From IMG/VR virus record IMGVR_UViG_3300003086_000048, positions 1 to 38,756 of that record: a stretch of 38,756 nt of DNA; one strand, written 5' to 3'. Numbering within the stretch: the stretch's first letter is position 1; every line of letters starts with the position of its first letter. Shown here piece by piece: positions 26,698 to 37,007 of this stretch. Source of the DNA: a virus (Duplodnaviria > Caudoviricetes). The notes beneath the pieces were generated by a model. The model searched no databases. It was not told where the DNA came from and worked only from the letters and a program-made list of their open reading frames with translations. The translations under genes and the position numbers were made by a program.

Positions 26698-29607
26698 TAA
26701 GTGAAAAGTTTTTTAATGACGTTGAGGCGGACAAGGTATTCTCTTCTGATTTTGAAATCATTACCCCAAACCACTGTAATGTGTTTGTTAAGGTTTATGA
26801 CTGGACGACACACGTTGTTAGTTGGGAATTGGTAAATGTCGGTGAATATGATATTATTAATAATGCAGTAGTATTCCATGGGTCTTTGACCTTAATCACA
26901 TTTAGTGGTGGAGAATGGACTGGAGATCTAAAGGTTGTTGTTGCTACTACTATTGAAGACCTTGACATTAACCCAAGTGACTGCTCTATTCTTGCAGAAA
27001 TGCAAGCAGAAATACAAGTATTGGCTACGATAGCTGATGATATTAAAGAGTTGGGATTAGTTGAAACAGGTGTATTCCAAACTGTTGCTGATAATATTGG
27101 CGATATTAACACAATAGCTAATTTTGAATTCAGTTATACTGGTATTTGGGAAACAATTTTTAACAACCTAACCAATGGTGCTATTCAAGGAGTATTTGAA
27201 AGTATAGATAATGTTAATATTGTCGCTGATAATATTGGTAGTGTTAATTTAGTAGGATCAAACATTGGTGTTGTTATTGATGTTGGACTAAACCTTGGCA
27301 ACATTACTACTGTTGTAGGTATGGAAGCAAACATAAACACCCTTATTCCTCATATAGCTAATATTGGTGTTGTTTCTACTAATATTGATAATGTAAATCT
27401 TGTTGGTAACGACATTGATAACATTAATACTATTGCTGAAAGCTTAGTCGTTTATACTGGTGGAACTAATGTAACTATCGTTGATGGTGTTATTAGCTCT
27501 GTTGATACAAATACTACTTATACAGATGCTGAAATTAAAACCAAGTATGAAAACAACACAGATACAAATAGCTTTACAGATATTGAAAAGACAAAACTAT
27601 CAGGTGTTGATGATAGTGCTAATAATTATGTTCATCCAGCCAACCATACAATTGCCGAAGTAACAGGACTACAAACAGCTTTAGATGGGAAGACCACAGA
27701 GGCCTATGTAACCACACAAATTACAAACCTTATTGATGCTTCGCCTGATGCCTTAAACACCCTAAATGAGCTTGCTGGGGCCCTTAACGACGATGCTAAC
27801 TTCGCTGGAACTATGACTACTGCATTAGCAGGAAAAGTAGATGATAGTCAAGTATTAACCAATGTTCCGTTAGGGGCTGTATTTACTGATACTACTTATT
27901 CAGTAGGCGATGGTGGTTTAAGTGAGGTGAGCTTTACTTCTACCGACAATACAAAGCTTGATGGCATTGAGTCAGGAGCTACAGGTGATTTAACTGGTGC
28001 TGAAATTAAGGTTTTATATGAGAGTGAGGACAATACAAATGTCCTTAGTGATTTTAATCTCGCTAAGTTGGTTGCCATTGAGCAGAATGCTACTGGTGAT
28101 TTAACAGAACAAGAGCATTATAATATGCTTTGGAATATATCTGTAACCCCTGCCACCTATGACTTTAATATCTTTAAAGATGCTGATCAAACTAAGTTAG
28201 CTGGTATTGAAGCCAATGCTACTGGTGATATGACTGATGCAGAAGTTAAAACAGCTTATGAAAACAATGCAGAAACTAATGTATTTACAGATGCACAAGT
28301 AACCAAACTTGCAGGTATTGAAGCTTTAGCAGGTGTAACAGATACGACAAGTGTAACTTCTGCTGGTGCTTTAATGGACTCCGAAGTAACAAATCTTGCA
28401 GATGTTAAAGCATTTGATACTACTGATTATGCCACTTCTGCTCAAGGGACAAAGGCTGATGGTGCGCTTCTTCGAGCTGGTGGTTTGGTAAGTGGCGATA
28501 TTGCTTTTGTGGATAATGTTCCGGCATCTTTTGGAAATAATAGTAATTTAGTTATTAAATATGATACAACTAATGCTATAATTAAGGAACAAACTTCATC
28601 AGATGGTTTGCTTATACAATCTAAATTGTTAAAATTAACTGATAATATTGATGTCTGTGGATTTGTATTACAGCAACTCTAAGAAGTTTGAGACTACAGC
28701 CTCAGGCACAACTACAACAGGAGATATAGTAGCTACAGGAGATTTAAGGGTTGGTGGAACGACATACCATCCTGATGATGTTATTTCAACCTTTGGTGAT
28801 AGTGGTGAATTGGATATTTACCAAAGCACGTCTGGCTATTCGATGGTTAGAAGTAATACCTTAGCATATATTCAGTCTCCAGACCTATATCTTACAAACC
28901 TACTTGGTGCAGAGAAGTATGCCCGCTTTGTTGAGGGTGGTGGTGCAAGTCTTTATCATAGCAATACTAAGAAACTTGAAACAACAGCTACTGGTGCTAA
29001 GGTTACGGGAGACTTAGAGGTTACTGGTGAATTACTTGGTGATAATATTCCAAAGTATGAAAAAGGAACACTAACCAACGTAACAACTTCAGGAGCAGAA
29101 TGGCGTAATATTGCATGGATTGATCCTGATGCTTCTACTTCCGGGAATGGAGAGAGAGGCACAGCTAAATTCCAGATTGTTAATAGGGATAGTGGTAATC
29201 ATCAACAAGTAGTATTTTATGCATCACATAATTATGGAAGAAATGAAAGTAACGTAATAACTGTATTGACAGATAGTAGCTATGGGACATTAGATGGTGG
29301 CTTTAATAAGATAAGGATTGTAGAAAGCTCAACATATGATGGAGCTGTATTACAGGTTTATTTTAATACAGCAGAAACAATTAGCTACTGTCAAGTATCA
29401 ATGACTGAAAACGAAATGACTACGGGTTGGCAATTATTAGATTGGACTACAGAGGCAAATATTCCTATTAGTGGTCTAACAGAGCCAGCATTAGGACCAG
29501 CAGTAGATTTAGCAGTTGTAGCTGGCTTTAATACTAACCAAGATATGTATTCAAAAGGTAGTGAGGTTATTACGATGGCTAAACTTACCGAACTGGGGCT
29601 TATTTAA
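26694..29607 (+). CDS. Tail fibre protein, frameshifted at about 28653 (ORFs 26694..28682 and 28648..29607)
   Basis: VADNIGxVN repeats, PDALNTLNELAGAL.DDANFA fibre motif, TKL.GIE..ATGD repeats, LY.SN.KK.ETT repeats continuing across the frame break. Confidence 0.85.
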
Positions 29608-29948
29608 TGAAGGAAAGAGTAGAGTCGCTGGAGACCCAGTTAGCATTAATTAAATCAGAAATAATCAGTTTAAAAACAAGGGAGATGAAATTACCTGCTT
29701 GGATAAGAAATGCTTCAGGTGCTATTATAGTATCTATGTTTGCTCAAACAGTTACCATCGTATGGTGGGCGAGTGACTTAAGCTCGAGACATACAATAAT
29801 TGAGAAACAAGTAGATAAAAATACTGGTTTTATTGATGCTTGGCCTATTATGCACGAGGAAGTTATGGTTGGACTAAAGGAAATACAAGTAGAAAATAGG
29901 AATATGAAAGAAATGCTTCACGATATTAAAAAAGACATACACAAATGA
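29607..29948 (+). CDS. Single-TM coiled-coil protein (possible lysis function)
   Basis: Central hydrophobic segment flanked by coiled coils. Confidence 0.55.
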   Translation: MKERVESLETQLALIKSEIISLKTREMKLPAWIRNASGAIIVSMFAQTVTIVWWASDLSSRHTIIEKQVDKNTGFIDAWPIMHEEVMVGLKEIQVENRNMKEMLHDIKKDIHK

Positions 29949-30298
29949 AGATACTTATAACAACTATTATTATCTTGTTCTTATCTGGTTGCTCCTCTTT
30001 GGAACTAAGGAATTTAGGTAAAACATCCTTATCAACGGGGACTGCTTTTCTTATAGCTGGCCCAGTAGCAGGAGTAGGAGTATTAGCAACAGCTATGGCT
30101 TATGATGAACTTATCCCTGACAGTCCCAAGGTTGCCGATATAGAGACGAACGAGCAAGCAGTAGCTTATGTTGCCACCTCTTGGGGGACTGATGCAATGT
30201 ATGCCTTTATAGCCTTTTTAATTATCACAAACATACTTGTTCCTTGGATAACAAGAAGACAAGGTTATGCCAAGGCAAAGGGAAAATATAAAGTATGA
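29945..30298 (+). CDS. Lipoprotein with C-terminal TM helix
   Basis: Lipobox LSGC at residue 16; hydrophobic AMYAFIAFLIITNILVPWI followed by a basic tail. Confidence 0.65.
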   Translation: MKILITTIIILFLSGCSSLELRNLGKTSLSTGTAFLIAGPVAGVGVLATAMAYDELIPDSPKVADIETNEQAVAYVATSWGTDAMYAFIAFLIITNILVPWITRRQGYAKAKGKYKV

Positions 30299-30555
30299 AA
30301 TTAAACACCACACTATATGCTGATGGAGAGAATTACTTTGTTGTGGCGAATTCATATGACATAGTTGGTATTGATGGAAGCTATATTATTCACTTGGAAG
30401 GCAATCCTAAGAAGCTATATAAGCTTTGGATAAAATATAAGAAAGAAATAGATATTAAAAACCTTTATTTTATGAAGATTAAAGGGGATTATTTTAAAAA
30501 TCATAGCGAAGCGGTTGCTGGTTGTGATGGTTTGTATAAATATATAGGGAGTTAA
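30295..30555 (+). CDS. Hypothetical protein (gp13 position)
   Basis: ATGA overlap, 86 aa. Confidence 0.6.
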   Translation: MKLNTTLYADGENYFVVANSYDIVGIDGSYIIHLEGNPKKLYKLWIKYKKEIDIKNLYFMKIKGDYFKNHSEAVAGCDGLYKYIGS

Positions 30556-30557
30556 TT

Positions 30558-31100
30558 ATGGCTGTAATGATGATCGCCGCTGGAGTGAGTGCTGCTCTCT
30601 CTATCTTTGGTAATTTAAGCAAGAACAAGCAAGCAAAAATACAACAGAATGCTTTGATTAAAGGTTTGGAGAGTTACAATGTAGCTAAAGAAAACCAGAT
30701 GAAATCAATCAATAGGAAAACTGCTTTTGCTTTAACCAATTTAGAAAGAAAAGAATTGAGTGACCTTGCTAAAGAAGTAGCAGGTAGAGCTGGTTCAGGT
30801 GTAAGTGGTCAAAGTGCCCTGTATGCTTATACAAACTTTATGACACAAAAATCTATAAACAAAGGTTCTTATGTCGCACAAAGCGAAGAAGAAATAAACT
30901 ATGAAAGCCAACAGGCACACGCCAAGTATAATCAAATACAAAGTGGCATTAACGATGTTCAATCTAAAAAGAAATCTGGCTTTGGTATGGCTCTTGATGC
31001 TGGTTCTTCTGCTCTTGGTTCTTATACAGGCACAGGTGGTAGTATGCTGGATTTAGGCAGAGATATTAGTAATGTTTATAACAGTATGGGGAATAGATAA
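30558..31100 (+). CDS. Internal virion protein (gp14-like)
   Basis: Ala/Gly-rich ends, SGVSGQS motif, position. Confidence 0.8.
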   Translation: MAVMMIAAGVSAALSIFGNLSKNKQAKIQQNALIKGLESYNVAKENQMKSINRKTAFALTNLERKELSDLAKEVAGRAGSGVSGQSALYAYTNFMTQKSINKGSYVAQSEEEINYESQQAHAKYNQIQSGINDVQSKKKSGFGMALDAGSSALGSYTGTGGSMLDLGRDISNVYNSMGNR

Positions 31101-31101
31101 T

Positions 31102-33375
31102 ATGAAAGAACAAAGAATAAACTTAAATTCAACCCAAACAGCAGATGCTACTCTTGGAGTTATTGAACAACCATCTAATAGGTTTGTTGATTTAGGCATT
31201 GTTACCCCTACTCAAAATGAAGATTTAGACCTTGCTAATAAGTTTTCACAAGCTGTAGATATTTATGGTAAAGAAAAAAAGGCAGAAGCTATTGTTAATG
31301 AAAAACTATTAGCTAAAAAACAAAAAGAATTAAATGCCGAGCAAAAAAGGCTTGGTGATTTTAATGCTATTGTTGCTCTTAGAGATTATGAAAAAGAACT
31401 TAGTGAAGTGGTTGGCGAAGATGGTCTCCCATTAACTAATGAGCAAAAGGAAGTTAGTGCTAAGGATTGGTTTATTGCACAAGTAGATGCCAATAATAAC
31501 TCAAATAAAACACCAGCACAAAAAGAGTCTTTTTATAATAAACTGTCTTCTGGTTACTCAGTATTTGCAGGCAAGCTTTCTGGAAGAAATTATAAAGACA
31601 AAAAGGCTATAGGCAAGAATTTAATTAATAATTACTTGGATGCTGGATTAATTAATCCAAATACTACGGAGGGTGAAAGAGAGCTTCGAAAGCTACAAAG
31701 AAAGTATGGACTAACAGAGGGTGAAACTGGTGAAGCAACAAGAGCATCTTTAGATAATAGAATTAAAATTGCCACAAATAATTTTGAGGCCTCTATCAAA
31801 GACTATGAAGACCAGAAAGAAGGAATGATAGCTAAATGTATTTCGGAGGGTGGAAGTAATAGCAACTGCACAAAGAGTGTGGATAAAACTATTGCTCATC
31901 CTCGTGAAGCTCTTTTTAGTATGATTAATGAAGCAAGACAATATACTGGTTTCGGATCTGGTGGAAAGAGTAAATTATTAGCCTCTAAAGCTTGGGTAGA
32001 ATATGAAAACATAAAGGTTAAATTAAAAGAGATTGAAAACCTAATAGGCTTCAAGAAAGATGTTGAGAAAAACCCTAACACGAGTATCTCTTCATATCCT
32101 GCTGAACATCAAAAAGATTTATTAGAACACCAAAAAGAATTAGCTAATAATTATCTTGCTACTGGTGATATTAAAAAGTATAATGATATTCTTACTGCTA
32201 ACTCTGGAACAAAAGAATATAGAAACAAACTTGCTTCTGGTTTCAAGGTTATGGTTAATAGTGTATTGTCAAACATACTAAGCAATGATAAGTTTGATGC
32301 AAAATCTTTTCAGTCTCTTATAGATGTTTCTAATAATGATAGCCTTGTAGAAATGCAAAACATTATTAACGGCAACGAAATCGTTAGTGCAATGGTTACT
32401 ATGAAAAATAGTGGCTTTGATGAAGGTCAAATATTAGAAATGGCTAAGGGTTGGAAAGATATTAATATTGATAATTCTAATATGAAAGCGGTAATGGGTG
32501 ATGAGTGGCAAGATGAGCTTAGAAAACAATCCCTTGATAGTGGTTTGTTTATTACACCACAACAAGTTACTGTCTTAAAAAAGATGGGTATTAGCTCCAG
32601 TGGAATTGATGGATGGGAAGATATTATTAGTAACTTTGTGAGTAGTCAAGTCAGCGATGTTGGTGCTGGTAAAACAGAAGGACTTAAATTTAATAATGGT
32701 ATTAAACTTCCAAACACACTAATAACAGAAGCAAATGCTATTGATAAGAATATTGATATAGCATCTTTACTATTTTATTCTATTAATAATAACGATGCAT
32801 ATAAAAATATATTCGAAACATTAGATGTTGATTTATCATCTTCTGATGTGGTTATGAGACAGACTGGTGGTGGTTCTTTTAATCTTGTCATTGGTGATAA
32901 AGACATTGGTATTAATATTAGTCGTCTTGATATATTGTCGATGGTTGATGGTTATCATAACTATATAGAAAAACAGAAACAACTGGCTGAAGTTGAGGCT
33001 TCGATAGATAGGAATTCTGGTGGATCAACAGGAATACTGGATGCCGTTGATAAGGTTGTTGAAGCAATTACAGCTTCACCTAAGGTTAGGGCAAACGATA
33101 TCTTGATTAAAAAAGTAGTAGAAGACAAGAAGTCGGTAGCGGTTAGTTCCAAAAAACACAAGGATGTTCTTTTAACTGTAGATGAAAAAAAACATTATTC
33201 TACTCTATCTCCAGAATACAAAGATGTATATCTTGAGACCGTTAAAAAGCGTGTTAATTATGGTTCAAGGGTAAAGCGAAAGGCTGGTATTAAACCAACA
33301 AATCCTGCTGCTTTGAATTCCGCAGAAAGCCTAAATGGTTGGTGGGCGACAATGTTCCTTAATATATTTAATTAA
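31102..33375 (+). CDS. Internal virion protein (gp15-like)
   Basis: About 757 aa helical protein; call rests on synteny. Confidence 0.65.
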   Translation: MKEQRINLNSTQTADATLGVIEQPSNRFVDLGIVTPTQNEDLDLANKFSQAVDIYGKEKKAEAIVNEKLLAKKQKELNAEQKRLGDFNAIVALRDYEKELSEVVGEDGLPLTNEQKEVSAKDWFIAQVDANNNSNKTPAQKESFYNKLSSGYSVFAGKLSGRNYKDKKAIGKNLINNYLDAGLINPNTTEGERELRKLQRKYGLTEGETGEATRASLDNRIKIATNNFEASIKDYEDQKEGMIAKCISEGGSNSNCTKSVDKTIAHPREALFSMINEARQYTGFGSGGKSKLLASKAWVEYENIKVKLKEIENLIGFKKDVEKNPNTSISSYPAEHQKDLLEHQKELANNYLATGDIKKYNDILTANSGTKEYRNKLASGFKVMVNSVLSNILSNDKFDAKSFQSLIDVSNNDSLVEMQNIINGNEIVSAMVTMKNSGFDEGQILEMAKGWKDINIDNSNMKAVMGDEWQDELRKQSLDSGLFITPQQVTVLKKMGISSSGIDGWEDIISNFVSSQVSDVGAGKTEGLKFNNGIKLPNTLITEANAIDKNIDIASLLFYSINNNDAYKNIFETLDVDLSSSDVVMRQTGGGSFNLVIGDKDIGINISRLDILSMVDGYHNYIEKQKQLAEVEASIDRNSGGSTGILDAVDKVVEAITASPKVRANDILIKKVVEDKKSVAVSSKKHKDVLLTVDEKKHYSTLSPEYKDVYLETVKKRVNYGSRVKRKAGIKPTNPAALNSAESLNGWWATMFLNIFN

Positions 33376-33470
33376 AGGCAGGAAATAACTTGTATTTAGT
33401 ATAAAATATAATGGTTTTCTTATAGGGAAAAAACTTGTTTTCCCAATTTTAGACAAAAAAAAGGTAATTT

Positions 33471-36400
33471 ATGATTAATTTTAGCGAACTTAACACCAAG
33501 GAATTTGGTAGATATGATCGGAAAATAGTTCCCGATAATGTTACTCTTAGCAATGAGATTAGAGAAGAGTTACGGGTTGAAAAACTAAGGGAGAAAACCA
33601 AAAATATTAGTCTATGGACTTCTGCTGGAGCTACGCAAGGTAGTTTATTTTCTGATGGTGCAAAAGACACATCAAGTAAGGATTATGATAGTGCTTTTGT
33701 TCAAGATTTTTTAGATGGAAAGTATAACGAAGAACTAAGTTCTAACTTCTCTAATGAAGAAATTACACAGCTTATTAGAGACCAGAAACTGAATAACTTA
33801 GGGTCTATGAATGAAGCAATAGACAATAAAAAAACATTCTCTGGTTATCAACAAAAGCTCGATGCTTCTGCTTGGTATGAAAGTGCAGTTCCAACATTGC
33901 TTTCTTATGCTTCAAGCCCTTGGGGAGTAGTAGAAGTTGGTGCTACAATTATAAGTGGTGGAATGGGCGTGGGTGCAAGAGTAGCTATTCAAGGTGGTTC
34001 TGGTGCATTAGCTGGTTTTGCAACGGAAGCTGGTGTTCAAAGTGATTATGGAATTGTAAATCAGGAAGCTAAAAATAGTGCCGCTATATGGGGTGGAGTT
34101 CTTGGTGGAGCGTTTGGTTTTATTCCTGGAAGCAAGAATAGTTTTCTTAAAGAAAGTGTTGGTGCTGATGGAAAGAAGTCTATTGAATTCACAGAAAAAC
34201 CTGCTGGTCAGATGCCAGAGTTTTCTATTGATGGATTGGATGCTATCGCCCACAAGAAGTCTGGTAATGCTAAGGTAGATGATATACTTTTACAAGCAAA
34301 TACAGAGAAAGATAACCTATTAGCACTTAAAACTGTAGGTGCAGATACAGAAGCAATTGCAAAGCAAGAAAAGGTTGTGGTGGATTTAGTAGATAGTGCT
34401 AAAAAAGAGTGGTATAAGACTGGTAATGCTAAGTCTGAATTAGACATTGAACAGGGTTCTGGTCTTCAAATAAGTATTCTTGGTGTTCTTAATAAAAGCA
34501 AGAGTTCTCTTCTTAGAAAGTTGGCTGCAAAGATGGGAACAACTGGTGGTCATAAAGGTATGGCGGAGAACCAAACAGCTGATATTTTAGTCAAACAAAT
34601 ACAAGCAATGCACGAGGTGACTTTGATAGATTTGCAAAAAATAGGTAAGGACTTGGGCTATAAAGATGAGAAGGAGTTTGGTGGTGTTCTCGAAGACGCT
34701 TGGAGAGCTAAACAGAATGGTCATTCTTATAATCCAAGGCTTGAAAGTGCTATTAAAAGGTATGATGCCTGGGATGTTTCAAACAAAGAATACTTGAAAA
34801 AAGCTGGTGTTAAGATTGTTGATAACCACGTATATAGACAGTATAATGTTGCCGCTATTCATAGCAATCCTATTGAGGCAAGACAGGCTATTTACGAAGC
34901 AATTAAGGCTGGTGAAGTAGGTGAAAAAATTGCAATAAGAAATAAAAAAATTGCTGATTTAGAAGAGCTTCTTAAAGCAGATGGTATTACAATTAAGGCT
35001 GGTGAAGATACTTTAAAGGCTGGTAAGAGTGCTATTAAAAATGAAAAAGCTATTGCCAAATTAGAAGCTCAAAATGCGAAGCTTGAAGCTAAGATAAAAG
35101 CTGGTAGTGAGAATGCAGACAACCTTAAAGGTTCGGGTGCTGGCAAGAAGAATAGTGATAATCTTGCTCGTTGGAAAAGGGAACTAACAAAGAAGCAGAA
35201 TGAACTTAGAACCCTAATTGGCAAGTCTAATAAGATAGACCACAAAAGCTTTGCTGAATTAGAAAACCTTGTTAAAGCAAACAAGTCTAACATAAACAAA
35301 TTGAAGAAGGAAAGATTAAATACTGATGATGTTATTCTGAAGACTGCTGGTGTAAAAGCTGGAAAGGATGCTGATGGTATTGTAGAGAAGATTAAGAAGA
35401 ACCCTCACGATTGGGATGGAGACAGCTGGAAGGAAAGAAAGCTGGAGATGGATGAAAGTCTTGCTGGTGATTTTATGAAGAGAGATGCCTTAGAAAATAT
35501 CCAATATCAGAAGATTAGATATAGCGGAAAAATATCTACTAAAATAATAACTGGTATTGGTTCAGAGGTTGAGTTAGGTGTGTTCTTAAAAAATATGAAA
35601 GAGGAATTAAAGTTAGAAGGAATTCTAAATAATGCTGAAATTGATAAGGCACTTAAACTATATTCTGATGCTCAAAGGACTGTTCATGGCTCTATTTCAA
35701 GACCATTAAACCCTGATGGCACTATGGCTCTTTCTGGTAAGATTATTCTTAACCAAAACTTCTCAACATTAGGCGGTGGTATGGCTGGTAACGTAGCTAT
35801 GGGAGAGACTGGTATTGCGGCGATGAGGGTTGGTTTAGTCCCTGTTATTAAGGCTGTGTTTAAGTCTCCAAAACAATTCTTTAAGCTTCTTAAAAATCAT
35901 AAGTTTGATGATGTTGAATATAGGCATATGCAAGAGCTAACAAACAGTATGGATACCTTTAACCTTTCTCACTTACATAAGTTCGCAGAAGGAGTAGAGG
36001 ATGCACAGGGTGCTACTAACCAGAACAAGGCTTTACAGAGTATGGCTTTGTTTTCTGAAAGGATAGCCACTGGTGTTGCTAAATGGACTATGTTAAGTCC
36101 TGCTACTGCTCTTGTAAGGACAACGATTGGTATTGGCACTATGAGAGGTATATTTAGTGCTTCTATAAAGAAGATGGGTAGTCAAGCAATGAAGAGAATG
36201 GGTTTAAGTGTAGATGACATTAAAGCTATTCAATCATATGAAAGTCAGGTATATAAAAGAAACAAAGATGGTGTAGTTACAGAGGTTGATCTAAACGCTA
36301 TGCCTCACGAATTAAAGGTTAAAGTAGAGAACGCCGTTATGACAGAAAGCCAAGCCAATGTATTAATGGGTAATGGTCTTCATATGCCAAGCTGGGCTAC

Positions 36401-36995
36401 TCCTAAATCTGGGGAAGATTTTTTTATGACAAGGAAGATTGCTAAACAGTTCTTAAACTGGCCTCTTGAGGGCTTAGAAAGAATTGGTGTTAGAACACTA
36501 TCTAACCTTGGAGAAGAGAAGGTTGCTGTATTTACTAATATTATGACTACTTTAACGACTGTTGCCCTTGTTAAGATGGCCTATGAGGAAGCAGAGATAC
36601 AATTGGGACACAAAAAAGAAGCTGATAGGAAATACACACATGACCTTGATGGTTTGCTTGAAATATCCAAGACTGCAGCTCAATACTTTGCTATTACTGC
36701 TCCTCCTCTTATGGTTTTAGATAAGCTTAATAATGTTATTGCTGGTGAAAACTTTTCTAACAGTTATAGAGTTCAGGTAAGCTCCAGCTTTGGACCAACT
36801 GGTGGTCGTGCAACTGACCTTTATAGGGGTTTAGTTGGTGCATTAGATGGAGAAATAAATACACCACTACAAAAGAGTTTATTATCACTCACAGGACTTC
36901 CTTTTGTTACTTTACCTTTGGTTAAAGGGTATGTAAAAGAAGGTATGGATGAAATACATAAAAAGAGTATGGGTATAAACGACTATTCATACTAA
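33471..36995 (+). CDS. Large internal virion protein (gp16-like)
   Basis: 1174 aa, Gly/Ala-rich membrane-like segment, KQFLNWP and FGPTGG in C-terminal region; synteny. Confidence 0.72.
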   Translation: MINFSELNTKEFGRYDRKIVPDNVTLSNEIREELRVEKLREKTKNISLWTSAGATQGSLFSDGAKDTSSKDYDSAFVQDFLDGKYNEELSSNFSNEEITQLIRDQKLNNLGSMNEAIDNKKTFSGYQQKLDASAWYESAVPTLLSYASSPWGVVEVGATIISGGMGVGARVAIQGGSGALAGFATEAGVQSDYGIVNQEAKNSAAIWGGVLGGAFGFIPGSKNSFLKESVGADGKKSIEFTEKPAGQMPEFSIDGLDAIAHKKSGNAKVDDILLQANTEKDNLLALKTVGADTEAIAKQEKVVVDLVDSAKKEWYKTGNAKSELDIEQGSGLQISILGVLNKSKSSLLRKLAAKMGTTGGHKGMAENQTADILVKQIQAMHEVTLIDLQKIGKDLGYKDEKEFGGVLEDAWRAKQNGHSYNPRLESAIKRYDAWDVSNKEYLKKAGVKIVDNHVYRQYNVAAIHSNPIEARQAIYEAIKAGEVGEKIAIRNKKIADLEELLKADGITIKAGEDTLKAGKSAIKNEKAIAKLEAQNAKLEAKIKAGSENADNLKGSGAGKKNSDNLARWKRELTKKQNELRTLIGKSNKIDHKSFAELENLVKANKSNINKLKKERLNTDDVILKTAGVKAGKDADGIVEKIKKNPHDWDGDSWKERKLEMDESLAGDFMKRDALENIQYQKIRYSGKISTKIITGIGSEVELGVFLKNMKEELKLEGILNNAEIDKALKLYSDAQRTVHGSISRPLNPDGTMALSGKIILNQNFSTLGGGMAGNVAMGETGIAAMRVGLVPVIKAVFKSPKQFFKLLKNHKFDDVEYRHMQELTNSMDTFNLSHLHKFAEGVEDAQGATNQNKALQSMALFSERIATGVAKWTMLSPATALVRTTIGIGTMRGIFSASIKKMGSQAMKRMGLSVDDIKAIQSYESQVYKRNKDGVVTEVDLNAMPHELKVKVENAVMTESQANVLMGNGLHMPSWATPKSGEDFFMTRKIAKQFLNWPLEGLERIGVRTLSNLGEEKVAVFTNIMTTLTTVALVKMAYEEAEIQLGHKKEADRKYTHDLDGLLEISKTAAQYFAITAPPLMVLDKLNNVIAGENFSNSYRVQVSSSFGPTGGRATDLYRGLVGALDGEINTPLQKSLLSLTGLPFVTLPLVKGYVKEGMDEIHKKSMGINDYSY

Positions 36996-37007
36996 CAGGA
37001 GAAACAT

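Noticed and set aside
33425-33444. GGGAAAA/TTTTCCC hairpin before the gp16-like gene
   Set aside because: Weak A/T-rich stem with a poor U tract; not enough to call a terminator
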